Part shown: positions 1 through 11,386 of the stretch, one piece after another
Layout of the letters: each line of letters opens with the position of its first letter
How positions within the stretch are numbered: the stretch's first letter is position 1
IMG/VR virus record: IMGVR_UViG_3300007513_000984
Location: 25,670 to 89,669 of that record
DNA: 64,000 nucleotides
Source: a virus
Direction: 5' to 3' (one strand)
Notes under the pieces: generated by a model
Database searches by the model: none
The model's input: only the letters and a program-made list of their open reading frames with translations
What the model was told of the DNA's origin: nothing
Made by a program: the position numbers and the translations under genes

Positions 1-769
1 TACCAGCAGTTCCTGATAGTTTTGCGTATATGTTTATTTGGTTTCCAGCATAATCACCTGTTCCACCTTTTGTGTAAATTAGTTGATACGTGCCAGTTAA
101 ATTATTAAATCCATTGCCTGGAGTACCTACACTTGCTGAACTTTCAGTAAGAGAATGTGATAATTTAACTGTAGCAATTGCACTTAACATTGTTTGCCAG
201 TCAACACTTTGGGCATGTGCCGCATCAACGCCAGTTAATGTTGCGTCAAATCTAAGTTCTCCACCAGAATTAAAGAAGTGTCTGCGATTGTCTTCATCTG
301 TGAAGGTAACTTTCGCTTCATAAAATACCTGATTTGCACTAGTCCAAATAGGAGTACCAGGACTACCTGTTGGGTCAAAGTATTCTTTTGCTGAAGATAT
401 TAGATTTGCTGTTGCAGTCATGTATGATACATCACTGTTTAGTTTGTTTCCTACTATGTTTGCTATATCTGTAGTTATAGTAGGAAAAATTAAATCTAGG
501 TCGTGTTGGGGTGGCCAACTAGCATCTGAAGTGCTAGTCGGCGAATTTAATGTTGTTCCTTGATGTCTGCCTGCATAGAACATCGAGGTCAAAAGTTCAT
601 CCCACAATGGTGTTGTTACTCTATCTAGTGCCTTAGCAACAACGAGATGACTTTGACCGTATCCCGAATCGTTTGCACCAATACCGACTATATCATTGAT
701 ATCGTCTGCAAATGAGTTAAAATCTGCAACGTGTAATTTCCATCTATTTAGATAGTAACTCTGTGGCAT
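1..769 (-). CDS. Virion structural protein, runs off the window; paralog of 792..1703
   Basis: Not in the ORF track. ATG at 769 reads MPQSYYLNRWKLHVADFNSFADDINDIVGIGANDSGYGQ...RRHFFNSGGELRF and stays open to position 1. Shares GY(G/N)Q and F..GGELR motifs with the upstream gene. Confidence 0.75.
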   Translation of the reverse strand, partial: MPQSYYLNRWKLHVADFNSFADDINDIVGIGANDSGYGQSHLVVAKALDRVTTPLWDELLTSMFYAGRHQGTTLNSPTSTSDASWPPQHDLDLIFPTITTDIANIVGNKLNSDVSYMTATANLISSAKEYFDPTGSPGTPIWTSANQVFYEAKVTFTDEDNRRHFFNSGGELRFDATLTGVDAAHAQSVDWQTMLSAIATVKLSHSLTESSASVGTPGNGFNNLTGTYQLIYTKGGTGDYAGNQINIYAKLSGTAG

Positions 770-791
770 TTACATCGTCCCATAACTTAGG

Positions 792-1703
792 TTACAGAGC
801 GTCAGTAACAGTAGCCGTTGGATTCGTTAAGTTAACTGAATCAGCCGGATTTGTTAATTTCTTCGATGCAATAGTAACTACTGAATCACCTGGTACATTA
901 TCTGCACCAGTCCATGACCATCCACCACCATAGCCAGAGCCACTGCCTGTACGGGCAACGTGAGCATCTGCTAAGTCAGTCTGTATATAAAGGTCACCAC
1001 CATCTGTTTTTGCTGAAACTTGTATATAGTTTGCACTATAGTCAGAATCATCTGCATATTCTTTCTTATGAACAACATAAGAAGTTGTGATATCACCATG
1101 CTTGTATCTTGTACGTGTATCAACTGAACTTGTATCTTCTGGTCTTACTGAGTAAGTGAATGTTCCCATTTCAGCCGCAAGTTGTTCCCAAGAAGTACCT
1201 TGTTGGTTTGAACTTGTGTCATTGTGTGATGCTGAAACTCTAAGTTCGCCACCTGCGGCAAACCAAGCATTCATATTATCTGCTGAACCGAATGCAAATT
1301 TAACAATTTGAGTTCTAGTTCCGTTCCAGTCTGATGCTGTTTCTTGTGTTTCGTTCTGTACGCTTGTGTCCCAGTCTGTGTAAGACCAAGGTGCGTCAAA
1401 ACGTGCAGTGATGGCTGAGTTGAACGCAACTGCAACTGCACCATAATGGTCCCAGTCGATTGTTGTGCCTGCATCTACTGCCGTAAATGTATTTGTAATG
1501 TTGTAGTAGTTTGCTATCTTTGCCGCCGCACTATGTAATGAATCATGATATGAATCATCAATAGTATCACCAGTTGCCGGATTTGCCGCCACAGTATGAG
1601 ATTGATTATAACCACCGTGGACACCAGTTCCATTTAAGATAGTATTCATTTGGTCACGCAAACTACTTAAGTCGTTGTATGTAATTGTTGAGCCTGAAGC
1701 CAT
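792..1703 (-). CDS. Virion structural protein (Thr/Ser/Asp-rich, baseplate/tail associated)
   Basis: 303-aa ORF, GAGGAG SD, lies in the baseplate operon; motifs GGYNQ and WFAAGGELRV. Confidence 0.7.
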   Translation of the reverse strand: MASGSTITYNDLSSLRDQMNTILNGTGVHGGYNQSHTVAANPATGDTIDDSYHDSLHSAAAKIANYYNITNTFTAVDAGTTIDWDHYGAVAVAFNSAITARFDAPWSYTDWDTSVQNETQETASDWNGTRTQIVKFAFGSADNMNAWFAAGGELRVSASHNDTSSNQQGTSWEQLAAEMGTFTYSVRPEDTSSVDTRTRYKHGDITTSYVVHKKEYADDSDYSANYIQVSAKTDGGDLYIQTDLADAHVARTGSGSGYGGGWSWTGADNVPGDSVVTIASKKLTNPADSVNLTNPTATVTDAL

Positions 1704-1722
1704 TGTTATACTCCTCTAAAAT

Positions 1723-2382
1723 TTAACTAATTTGTATTGTAACTGTATAGTCAATTACAATAGTTCTATTTGCCGCCAGTAACACGGGATGGAATGTTAC
1801 GTGTGTCAGCATTAAGGTTTTTGTTTTATCTAGGGCACCACTATCGGTAACCCCAGCCATGAGACCGATTTCATCAAAAGTAAATGCTTCGACCTGACTT
1901 GCAGATGCAGAACTATCACTTGATGGAATTGATTCTCCCACAGCCGTGGCGTAGTCTGCGTGTGTTAAATCCACACTGAACTTCACTTTGGATGTGTTAT
2001 TTGGTACTATTTCTCCAGCCCCCATGTCCTCACCTGGATAATACACGGTATTTGTAGTCAACTGTTCATATTTTGGTACGTACAGTGATGAATTACTAGC
2101 CGTTATGGCTAGTTGGTCATATGTTGGGTAAACTCTCGGAGACCGATACGAAAGTGTAGTAGTTGAGGTACTACCACCACTACCAAATTGCATCCAATTA
2201 ATCAATGGTGCATTTCCTGATGAGTTTACACTCGTTGGTTTGCCTGCCATGGCCGAAGCCATAACATATGCCATATTTCCTGGATGAATTGCGTTTTTCT
2301 TCTGTACAAGCACATCGCCACTCTCTCTATCATAGATTTTAAGTGTGCCAATTACTTGTGATTGTATTGTGTCATTAAACAT
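1723..2382 (-). CDS. Baseplate-associated structural protein
   Basis: 219 aa with KNAIHP, FDEIGL and LTHVTFHPV motifs; follows the giant wedge gene; late-promoter motifs at 2412-2434. Confidence 0.6.
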   Translation of the reverse strand: MFNDTIQSQVIGTLKIYDRESGDVLVQKKNAIHPGNMAYVMASAMAGKPTSVNSSGNAPLINWMQFGSGGSTSTTTLSYRSPRVYPTYDQLAITASNSSLYVPKYEQLTTNTVYYPGEDMGAGEIVPNNTSKVKFSVDLTHADYATAVGESIPSSDSSASASQVEAFTFDEIGLMAGVTDSGALDKTKTLMLTHVTFHPVLLAANRTIVIDYTVTIQIS

Positions 2383-2469
2383 GTTGTATCCGTCTCTTAG
2401 ATTGTTTCTTATATTTATCTACTAATGTATTTATGCAAACAGTCATTTTAGATATACTATCACTCTATT

Positions 2470-5400
2470 TTACACTAAGTCCTGTAAAACCAATTGTAAA
2501 GGAGTTTCAAGTACATATACTAAGTCATTATTAGCAAATGAATGCCCTAGACCTGTATATAATACTCTGTTACTAATAGTAAGTGATGTACTTGCTTTCT
2601 TATTGTACATCATAAATTCTACATCAGAAGTCCCTGCCTTTTGTACTGCTATTAATTTTTTATTATTTTTAGAGGCAGTATCAAACAATGATGCGTTATT
2701 TACCTCTAAAGTTGTTCCATCAAATGATGATATTGTACCTGAAGATTTAACTCCAATATTGTAACCTCTACCATACATATCATACACATAAAATTCTGTT
2801 TTATCAACGGTCTCAGAGCCAATTCCACCAGTAATATCGCCTGTGTATGTCTGCAATCTTACTATCGATGTCTCTAATGCTTTTGAGTCTACTAAGCCAG
2901 TGTCAAATCCACCCTCTTCTGCTGTTGGTGTGAATCTATTTCGCAAGAACTGTCCCTGCTCATATTCTCCATCAGCAATATCATCAAATGAACTTGGCGT
3001 TGAAGTCGCATAATCACCACCGTCTAACGTAGAGTCTAAGTATCTACTGTTATTACCAAAGTCTAAAGTAAGAGCCAACTTCTCATCAATTGTAGTAGTT
3101 GCTGTCATTGAATCAGTTGTCGAGTTTATTCTTTTGATTTCTCTTATCTTCGCATGATATGGCTTTGCTTCTCTAACATACTCTAACACATCTTCTTCAC
3201 TATCTCTTTGATAAACGGTATATTGTTTCAACTCTCTGTTATGTAAATCTAAATCAAAATAACTTGTTTTGAATAACCATGAAGGATATGTTTTTTCTGT
3301 GTAAAGATATTTAATCATAGAAAAGAATATATCATTAATAAATGAAGTATTTGGATAATCTCTGATTAAATTCATCAACTCATGTACTTGAATTCCCACT
3401 GCATTATTATAATATGTTGTATATCCTGTCTCTGGTATTGTTGTCATATCGAAAGATACATTCAATGCACTCTTAGTTCTGTGAACTAATTGTAGTTTAC
3501 CCTCATGCTCAAAGTAATATTCATCATGTGTTGGTAGTTTTAATTTAAATGACTTTATACCATTTTCATATTGTTCAATCATATCGAACTCTCTAGTAGT
3601 TGATAGATACGAGAACGAATTAATCGTTTTATAACTGTCATCTATGTACCAATTACCTAGACTGAAAAGAATATCATCAGTATCTATGTATTGAGCATAC
3701 TTAGAATACGCAGTCTGTAACATTTTATTACTCATATTGGTGTTTATCACTGAAGCAAAGTTGTTATGAGTTTTTGAAGTATTAGTAAACCAATTGTTCT
3801 TTGTTCCTTCTACTGAGTAAACTCTTAACACATCTCCTACTACCATTGTGTGGTCTTTTTTAATCTTTAGATTATTGCCGTCAATACTTAGATAACTTGC
3901 TTTTACTGTTCCTGAGTTTGTAGTAACAACAATATTATCAGTTGTTAGTCCACTCATAAAGTTGTTTCCGTATTTGTCTGTTGGTGTCGCAATTGCAAAG
4001 TTAACATCAACTAAATGAGATGCTTCTAATTCAATAGCATAAGATTTCAGTATAGTAACGTTAGAAATAGAATTTGTCAAATCATCTAAGAATCTGTTAG
4101 GTATAACAGACTTTGAATCTTCTAGTAACATTTCCCAGTCTGAGTGTTCCTTGACCAGATGTGGTTTTTGTTGATACTCTAACGATGCACTCACAGTTTG
4201 ACTATTATATGTCTTCGCATTATTACTAATGACTATCCTTGATGTTGAAACTGGGAAGAATCTGTTCTTAGGTCCACCAGAACCAATCAACATTTTTAAT
4301 TCTGTTGTATCATCATCTTCTGCCCAATAGAAATAATCAGTAACAATTTTACCAGCATTATCATCATAGTACTTTTTAGTATTATATGTCAATATAGTCT
4401 CTGGTAATGTTCTAGATTTTGTCCACTTCTTCACAACTATAGTTGAACTTGGTACTATTCCGCCCCAATACTTTCTTACGTAATCAATATCTAAATTTCC
4501 ATTAGCATCACCATAATCGTTGTAACGATAGAAACGTGCTAAGTCTGTATCCCACCAAAGTTCATCAAGTCTTTCATCTAACCAAATATCATTACTTGTA
4601 GTTGTATCATATTTTGCTGGGTCTGTCCACATAATATAATCTAATTTAGACATGATAGTGCCAGGTAGTTTTAAATTAAGTGGGTCATATACTTGATGAA
4701 TTGTAGATTGTTCTCCATCTTGAATTATTAATCTCTTTGTTAAATCTGTATCTATAACTTTTGTCTGTTTAGCATGAATTGTAAATCCACCAACTGGGTC
4801 ATAGTTTAAAACTGCCCAACCAGATGAATCATATTCATCTATCCATAACTTACTTGCACTGTTTAGTCCTAGACTAGTATTGAATTCTGTAAGTGTAGCA
4901 CCGTTAACTCCGATTGTATGTCTCATTGATTTCCAAATCATTGCTTTGAAATTAGCACTTGATGTGACATTAGAATATATCAATGAGAGTCCTATCTTAG
5001 TCAACATTGCAGTAGAAGTTCCAGAGAATGTCATCTGTACACTATCGTTAGTGAATATCATTCTACCATCACTTGATACACCAACCTCAATATCAGATGC
5101 AGTATTGATTTGACTTGCAAACTCTAGTGCTGTTGGACTTGATGATTCTGTATTACTATATGTACCTGCTGTCATGCCCATATCGGCAAGAGGGTCACCA
5201 GAAAGATTACTTGTGACTATACTCTTTTCTGAACTTGTTATTTTTACTTTGTAGTCAGACTTGGTTGCGGCAACTGTTGAGCCCGAAAATACTTGAGTGT
5301 TTAAGTCAGATACTATTGTGTCTGTGGCATCAATTGCAACTGTAGTTGTTGCAAATCCTAGTCTGCTCATAGCACCCGATGTCACTTCAACTATATCTAA

Positions 5401-8400
5401 ATTATGATTTGTACTTGATATCTTAATTGTGCCTGTGACAACTTCAGCAGTAACACCTAAAATAGCCATTGCGTTTATCTGTTGAACAACACTTGTCTGT
5501 GTTGGATTAGAATTAGAAAGATAAGTTCCTGCTGTTATTCCTAATTCACTTAATGCTGTTCCAGAAATAATCATTTGACTTCCTGAACTTGCTATAGTCA
5601 TACGATTGTTTGTATCAACTGTAGCAGTAATATCAGTTATTGTAGTTAAGTCTGTTGCTAAGTTATCTAGTTTTGAATCTGTATATGAATTAGTAGTTGA
5701 AAGTCCTAAATCAATCAATGAACCACCTGTCATGGTTAGTTGCGGAACTGATGTTGTCAGAACCAATTGATTTGATGATTGTGATGCTACTACTTCACTT
5801 GTTCCTGTGTTAATCGCAATTATAATTGCGGCTAAATCATCTGCATTATTTAATGTAATTGTATCACCATTAATTGTTAGTGGCTTCGTAGATGTCATCA
5901 CTGGTGATGTAACTGTGCCTGTGACTGTTAAATCTGCAACTGTCTTTGTAGTACCATCGATAACAACAGTGTTTCCTGTCGTTAATGTTGAACTTCTTGT
6001 TGCTGTTGTAGTTTGTGATATACTATCAGTTGAACTATAATCAACAGTCAATGATGTACCGTCAATTGTTATTTCGTCACCTTGATTTGAACTAAATGCG
6101 CCTGTTGTTTTTGCAACAGTTCCAGAGAATGTGACTGTTGTGTTTGTGCCGTTTTCAACTAGACCAGCATCATTATAAACAACAAATCTTGCTTGTTCAC
6201 CTTCAGATATAATTGGGTTTACAACTGTTCCTAGTATTGTTATTCCAGTACTAGTAGTTCCAGACGGTGCGTAAGTAAACGTGTCACCATCGATTGAAAT
6301 CGAATCGCCACTAGAAAACACTGGATTACTTACTGAGCCTATTGCTTCAACACCAGAATCTGCATTAGTTGGTACAAATACACTGTTAGTAGTTGTTGAA
6401 TCTATCTCAATAATTAGAGGTTCAAAATCTTCTTCAAATACTAGATACTCATGTACTGTTGTTCCATTTACTGTTTTTGTTCCGTTAGCAGATAGAAGAT
6501 AATATCCACCTATTGTTGGACTTATCTCGTCAGCAGAGATTTTTAAATAAATTGGCTTATTAGTAAATTCATCAGCAATTGCATTTGCAGTTCCAACATA
6601 CAATTGATTGTCTGATGTTTCTCCTACATAACTTATTTCTGCTACTTCACTTAATCGTACAACATCCCAATCTCTATCTGTGTCTGCTTGTATCCAAGAA
6701 ATATCTCCCTCGTACAATGTGCTATCTGTTAGATTAACTAGTGAATCATGAGTCGAAGTGACATAGTTTACATCTGCTTCGTCCACATATCCTGTTGTTT
6801 TTAATGCTATGTTCTTTTTATCAGAAACTTCTAAAAGTTGTTTAGTTGGGTCTGCATAATCTATTAGATATGGGTCTTTAATCATATCAGATACCGTAAT
6901 ATCCTTTGTCATTGTAAACTTATTAGACTCGTGACCATAGTCACTTAGTTTAACTGCCCAAACATCAGCATGTGTGATATTCTTAAAGTTACTATTGTTA
7001 TTAACAATCTTGTCAATACTAGAGTTAGTTCCTTTATGAGATAAAAATCCTTTATAAAATTCTAATTGTGATTCTCTTTCAACACCATGATTTGTTAGAT
7101 ATGCTCTTGTAGTATATCCATAATGATTTGATTTTAACTTATTAATAACTGAAAGACCTTGGTCAACAAGAGTATCTCTATAATAACGTGTGTCTTCAAT
7201 CATTGTATCGAAGTTTGGTATTAATTGATTATCGTTAACGATGTAACCATCTACTGCCATAGTTCCATCCCAATCAATAGTTCTATTACAGTCTATTTGC
7301 ATTCTAAGATTTCTAGTATGTGTATGTGGGTCGTATATGATATCTCCATAACTGTCAGTTCTGTCAACGACAAATGCATGTTCAATATCTCTGATATCCA
7401 TTTTCATTCCGTAAATAGGAACAGTGCTTTTGAATATTAATTTAGAGCCGTCTGTACGAAAACTAAGTTCAGAATTTGGTATAAGTCTACCTGCTGAATC
7501 TATTACACGATAATAATTTTTAAATGTTTCAGTAGTCGCACTTGCAACACCATAGGTTGCATCGAAACTACCACCTGTTAATAGTGGAGTAAGAGTGATA
7601 AAATCACCAATCTCGTGTATTTCTGATTGCCATTCTAGGAACTTATATAATAGATTTTCCCAATCTATCACATCACCAAATTCACCAGAATCTGTGAATT
7701 CCCATCCTACTAATTTAAGATAATGTTGATAACCTAATATCAAGTGAGCAACATCGTCTACTGATTCTAAAATGTCACCGTAGTTATAATTCTTTACTGT
7801 GTCATCTACTAATTCTTTATATCCAACTGCCTGAACTTTATTAACTCTAGGCCATTCTGTTACTGACTTCCAATCTTTAATGTTATCATCAAATATTGAA
7901 GTAGATGTATGATTTGTAAGACAAACATACGGAGTATCATTCCACAATATATATGAATCCATTCTATAGTATTCACCAGGTTGCCACTGTTGTAGTGTAA
8001 GTTTGTCACCTGATGTTGAGAATGCTTTTTCTCCACTTGCTTTGTCCCATCCCATTGAATAGAATGTAGGATTAATCTCATCATATCCGTGTACTCTAAA
8101 ACCAAACTTATTGGTTTTGGGTTGTGATACTAATGTCCAGCCACTATAGTCAAAGAATGTTCCACTAGGAGGTGATTGCTCGTTTGTTGTTAATGATGAT
8201 ACTTTTCTTTTATAATATTTGCCATCATTCAAGTTCAGAACAATATCGCCCTTTATGTAAGTTGATATATCTGCAAAAGAATATGTTGGATGTTTAACGT
8301 CTAGTGATACTTTTTCTAATACAATAGCACTAAAGAATTCACTTCTATTTGGTACACCAGCATGAACAAACAAATCAAAGTTGTCTTCTGGCAGTTCAGT

Positions 8401-11385
8401 AAATCTACTATTTGATAATGAGTTGTTTTCTGTTTGTAATTTAAAGTTATTAACAAAGCCACCTAGTTTTGAACCCAACTTAAATGAATAATTGTCTTTG
8501 TCTGCGATTACTAAATCAGTATCAATGTCTTCATTTTTATTTGAGTATTCTATAATGTTTTTCATCTCAGTACGATAATCGTACATAACTTGAAATGGTT
8601 TTGTTAATAACATTAATATAAATTCAGCAAAAGCAAATTCACTACTTCTTGTCCATGCAAGTTCAACTGGAGAGTTATCTCCATATTCCCATACTTGGTC
8701 CATCAACGCAATCTCGGCCGAAGTTATTGAGTTACCGAAAAATAAAGAATTAGGAGTTTTTAAATTTCCTAAAGCATCAACTGGATTAGGAATAGTTAAT
8801 GATTCTTGATTTATAAGATTATCCCACCAATCTGATGACGTGTAACCTAATGTACCATATTTTGTATCGAAACCTGCAGGCTTTTGTGAATATTTTAGTA
8901 CTTTCCATGGCTCTTGTGTTGGTCTATCTGTGCCATACGTGTGTATTAATTGTCCTCTCCAATAACCACTTGTGTTCTCGTCTTTTGCTCTGTAATTCCA
9001 AGTCTTATAATCATTTGCATCAAAATCATCATTGTTTAGATTGTCAATGTTATTACGCATCATCCATTTCTTAAAGAACGGATACATAATATATTTCTTT
9101 TCGGCATTCGTATAATCACTGGAAGCACTATCGTATATTCCATAATTCATGCTATCAACTTTAGAACTTGTATTGTCTGTTAAATTATTAAATATTAAAG
9201 TTTCAAATGCAAGGAGTATATTGTCAACTCTTGTTCCATATGCTGGAATTAATGAGCCATCGTGGCCTCTAATAAAGTTTACTGAACTACTGTAATTCGC
9301 ATCTGTGATTGATTGTGGTTGATATGCTGGAGCAATATCCAACTTAGTTGCACTTGGTGGTATATAAGTTTCTTTTATGTTACTATAATGTCTAACAGTT
9401 ATTACATCACCTGTTGACCTCGCTGTTGTAAAGTTTATTTCTGTTGCACCAGAAGATAATGTATAATCTACATTTAATCTTTGAACAACATTGTCTAAAA
9501 TAACAGTTATGTCCTTATCATTTAATATTGAGTTAGTAAACGTTGGCATAACTTGTTCAGTTGCGCCATCAATAACAGAGACAGCAAGTGACTGATAGTG
9601 GGCATTTGCTTCACCAAAGTTCACCATATTACTGTCTCTAAAGATACTTACACTCTTATGTTTTCCAAGAGAAATAGTAGTAATTGCTTCTTCTAGTATC
9701 TCTAAATCTGTCTTGCTTTCACTTGAAGTTGAATCTATAATAGATTGAACTGTTGTGAGTAATTTATTTTTATAACCATTATATGCACCTGATAAGAATT
9801 CGGTTGCTTTAATTGGATTATAATCTTCTCGTGTTAATGCAAAGTATGCCTCTTTAATATCTATTGAGTTTCTAATAAGAACACTACCTTTATCAGCAAA
9901 TCTTAATTTAGCATCATTGGCATCACTTCCAACACTAGTCGTTCTATAATTGTTGGCCGCATTTGCACTTCCTGTTAAACCCGATACAGTTTCAATTATA
10001 CGAACACAGTGTTCATAAACAAGAGAATATGGCATTTCTGTATTATAATATGTTGTGTTATCTACATTATATTCTAATGATGGATTAAGTCTTTGAAACA
10101 CTGTTTGTCCATCAAAAACTACTGGAGTATCAGTACAGTAATCTACATATATGTTTCCAGAAACTGCTTCTGTTAATATGATTTTCTTTGTAGTAGTGTT
10201 GTATACATAATTTCCTATTTGCTTATCACCATCTACATATAAATCTATTCCGTTTGCGTTCTTTGGTGATTGAAGTAGTTCGATTTCTGAAATTGATATT
10301 TTATCACCTATTTCTTGTCTTAGATTTCGATAGTCAAATGTTGAAGTTATCATCAACTTTTTATAATCTGTATTATATTTGTATGCTGATGATTCATCTA
10401 AGTCAATATTAAATACAAATTCACTCTGGTAGTCGCCTGCTTTTAGTTTAGGTTTAAATCCTAATTCTGTGTCTGTTGTATAATTAGCACCAATTACGTA
10501 ATGAAATATGTTTATATCTTTTACATATGTGTTATCTGAATTGTATGATTTGAATGTTGGTATTTCTCCTTCTTTAGCCCATGCAGTACCAGTTCCAACA
10601 GGACCAGGTATTACTGCTGTAAATGTATCGCCAACTGCGTAAGTAGGCAATGGATTAATTGAATGGGTTCCTGCTATACTATTCCATTCGTTGTTCGTTG
10701 TTGTTCCGAGAGATGATATTATATATTCTGTACCAACTACAAATGCTCCTGCAGTTACATCTACACCAACTGCGACTGCCTTATCACTCAACTCAATATC
10801 TTTGTCGAATTCAATAATTGGTCTTAGTGCTTGTGATATTTTTGTAAAGTTTGAATCTGTAATTAGTGATTTGATATCATCATAATGATACCAAGAGTTA
10901 TTACTTCCCCACCATGAACCTACACCTTTGTCTATTGTGACATAATGTTTGTTGATTGAGCCAGTAATTGAAGCATCAAATCCAGGAGATACCCAATAGT
11001 ACATACTGAAGTTAACAAATTTGTCTAAGTCTATTGGTAGAGAAACAGTGTCTAAAGTACTTTTAAATAATCGTCTATGGTCATTTGTTAATGCACCTTT
11101 ATTATAAGTCGCATTCAGTAGGTCGTCATAGTATATGCTGTCAGTTGCATCTCTGTTTGTGAATGTTGGTTCTAAACCGTAATTATCTCTTGCATATGAT
11201 TCTGATGGAAAAGAAAGATATATATCACTAGTTTTGTATATTCCTTTTTCTTTTCTACCAACAAACGCTTTTGTTTTCTCCATCTCACCAGAAGAGAAGG
11301 CGCGGTCAAGTGTTGTGTCAAATATTGTTTCTAACTCGCTATTCTTCAGGTGCCCTGGTAAAAAGTCATAAATCTTCTTTGCCAT
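2470..11385 (-). CDS. Giant baseplate wedge protein (gp7-like), 2971 aa
   Basis: Directly downstream of the gp6-like gene; N-terminal DFLP motif and C-terminal EAKPYHAKIRE (KPxH motif of wedge proteins); internal Thr/Ser-rich repeats. Confidence 0.7.
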   Translation of the reverse strand: MAKKIYDFLPGHLKNSELETIFDTTLDRAFSSGEMEKTKAFVGRKEKGIYKTSDIYLSFPSESYARDNYGLEPTFTNRDATDSIYYDDLLNATYNKGALTNDHRRLFKSTLDTVSLPIDLDKFVNFSMYYWVSPGFDASITGSINKHYVTIDKGVGSWWGSNNSWYHYDDIKSLITDSNFTKISQALRPIIEFDKDIELSDKAVAVGVDVTAGAFVVGTEYIISSLGTTTNNEWNSIAGTHSINPLPTYAVGDTFTAVIPGPVGTGTAWAKEGEIPTFKSYNSDNTYVKDINIFHYVIGANYTTDTELGFKPKLKAGDYQSEFVFNIDLDESSAYKYNTDYKKLMITSTFDYRNLRQEIGDKISISEIELLQSPKNANGIDLYVDGDKQIGNYVYNTTTKKIILTEAVSGNIYVDYCTDTPVVFDGQTVFQRLNPSLEYNVDNTTYYNTEMPYSLVYEHCVRIIETVSGLTGSANAANNYRTTSVGSDANDAKLRFADKGSVLIRNSIDIKEAYFALTREDYNPIKATEFLSGAYNGYKNKLLTTVQSIIDSTSSESKTDLEILEEAITTISLGKHKSVSIFRDSNMVNFGEANAHYQSLAVSVIDGATEQVMPTFTNSILNDKDITVILDNVVQRLNVDYTLSSGATEINFTTARSTGDVITVRHYSNIKETYIPPSATKLDIAPAYQPQSITDANYSSSVNFIRGHDGSLIPAYGTRVDNILLAFETLIFNNLTDNTSSKVDSMNYGIYDSASSDYTNAEKKYIMYPFFKKWMMRNNIDNLNNDDFDANDYKTWNYRAKDENTSGYWRGQLIHTYGTDRPTQEPWKVLKYSQKPAGFDTKYGTLGYTSSDWWDNLINQESLTIPNPVDALGNLKTPNSLFFGNSITSAEIALMDQVWEYGDNSPVELAWTRSSEFAFAEFILMLLTKPFQVMYDYRTEMKNIIEYSNKNEDIDTDLVIADKDNYSFKLGSKLGGFVNNFKLQTENNSLSNSRFTELPEDNFDLFVHAGVPNRSEFFSAIVLEKVSLDVKHPTYSFADISTYIKGDIVLNLNDGKYYKRKVSSLTTNEQSPPSGTFFDYSGWTLVSQPKTNKFGFRVHGYDEINPTFYSMGWDKASGEKAFSTSGDKLTLQQWQPGEYYRMDSYILWNDTPYVCLTNHTSTSIFDDNIKDWKSVTEWPRVNKVQAVGYKELVDDTVKNYNYGDILESVDDVAHLILGYQHYLKLVGWEFTDSGEFGDVIDWENLLYKFLEWQSEIHEIGDFITLTPLLTGGSFDATYGVASATTETFKNYYRVIDSAGRLIPNSELSFRTDGSKLIFKSTVPIYGMKMDIRDIEHAFVVDRTDSYGDIIYDPHTHTRNLRMQIDCNRTIDWDGTMAVDGYIVNDNQLIPNFDTMIEDTRYYRDTLVDQGLSVINKLKSNHYGYTTRAYLTNHGVERESQLEFYKGFLSHKGTNSSIDKIVNNNSNFKNITHADVWAVKLSDYGHESNKFTMTKDITVSDMIKDPYLIDYADPTKQLLEVSDKKNIALKTTGYVDEADVNYVTSTHDSLVNLTDSTLYEGDISWIQADTDRDWDVVRLSEVAEISYVGETSDNQLYVGTANAIADEFTNKPIYLKISADEISPTIGGYYLLSANGTKTVNGTTVHEYLVFEEDFEPLIIEIDSTTTNSVFVPTNADSGVEAIGSVSNPVFSSGDSISIDGDTFTYAPSGTTSTGITILGTVVNPIISEGEQARFVVYNDAGLVENGTNTTVTFSGTVAKTTGAFSSNQGDEITIDGTSLTVDYSSTDSISQTTTATRSSTLTTGNTVVIDGTTKTVADLTVTGTVTSPVMTSTKPLTINGDTITLNNADDLAAIIIAINTGTSEVVASQSSNQLVLTTSVPQLTMTGGSLIDLGLSTTNSYTDSKLDNLATDLTTITDITATVDTNNRMTIASSGSQMIISGTALSELGITAGTYLSNSNPTQTSVVQQINAMAILGVTAEVVTGTIKISSTNHNLDIVEVTSGAMSRLGFATTTVAIDATDTIVSDLNTQVFSGSTVAATKSDYKVKITSSEKSIVTSNLSGDPLADMGMTAGTYSNTESSSPTALEFASQINTASDIEVGVSSDGRMIFTNDSVQMTFSGTSTAMLTKIGLSLIYSNVTSSANFKAMIWKSMRHTIGVNGATLTEFNTSLGLNSASKLWIDEYDSSGWAVLNYDPVGGFTIHAKQTKVIDTDLTKRLIIQDGEQSTIHQVYDPLNLKLPGTIMSKLDYIMWTDPAKYDTTTSNDIWLDERLDELWWDTDLARFYRYNDYGDANGNLDIDYVRKYWGGIVPSSTIVVKKWTKSRTLPETILTYNTKKYYDDNAGKIVTDYFYWAEDDDTTELKMLIGSGGPKNRFFPVSTSRIVISNNAKTYNSQTVSASLEYQQKPHLVKEHSDWEMLLEDSKSVIPNRFLDDLTNSISNVTILKSYAIELEASHLVDVNFAIATPTDKYGNNFMSGLTTDNIVVTTNSGTVKASYLSIDGNNLKIKKDHTMVVGDVLRVYSVEGTKNNWFTNTSKTHNNFASVINTNMSNKMLQTAYSKYAQYIDTDDILFSLGNWYIDDSYKTINSFSYLSTTREFDMIEQYENGIKSFKLKLPTHDEYYFEHEGKLQLVHRTKSALNVSFDMTTIPETGYTTYYNNAVGIQVHELMNLIRDYPNTSFINDIFFSMIKYLYTEKTYPSWLFKTSYFDLDLHNRELKQYTVYQRDSEEDVLEYVREAKPYHAKIREIKRINSTTDSMTATTTIDEKLALTLDFGNNSRYLDSTLDGGDYATSTPSSFDDIADGEYEQGQFLRNRFTPTAEEGGFDTGLVDSKALETSIVRLQTYTGDITGGIGSETVDKTEFYVYDMYGRGYNIGVKSSGTISSFDGTTLEVNNASLFDTASKNNKKLIAVQKAGTSDVEFMMYNKKASTSLTISNRVLYTGLGHSFANNDLVYVLETPLQLVLQDLV

Positions 11386-11386
11386 G

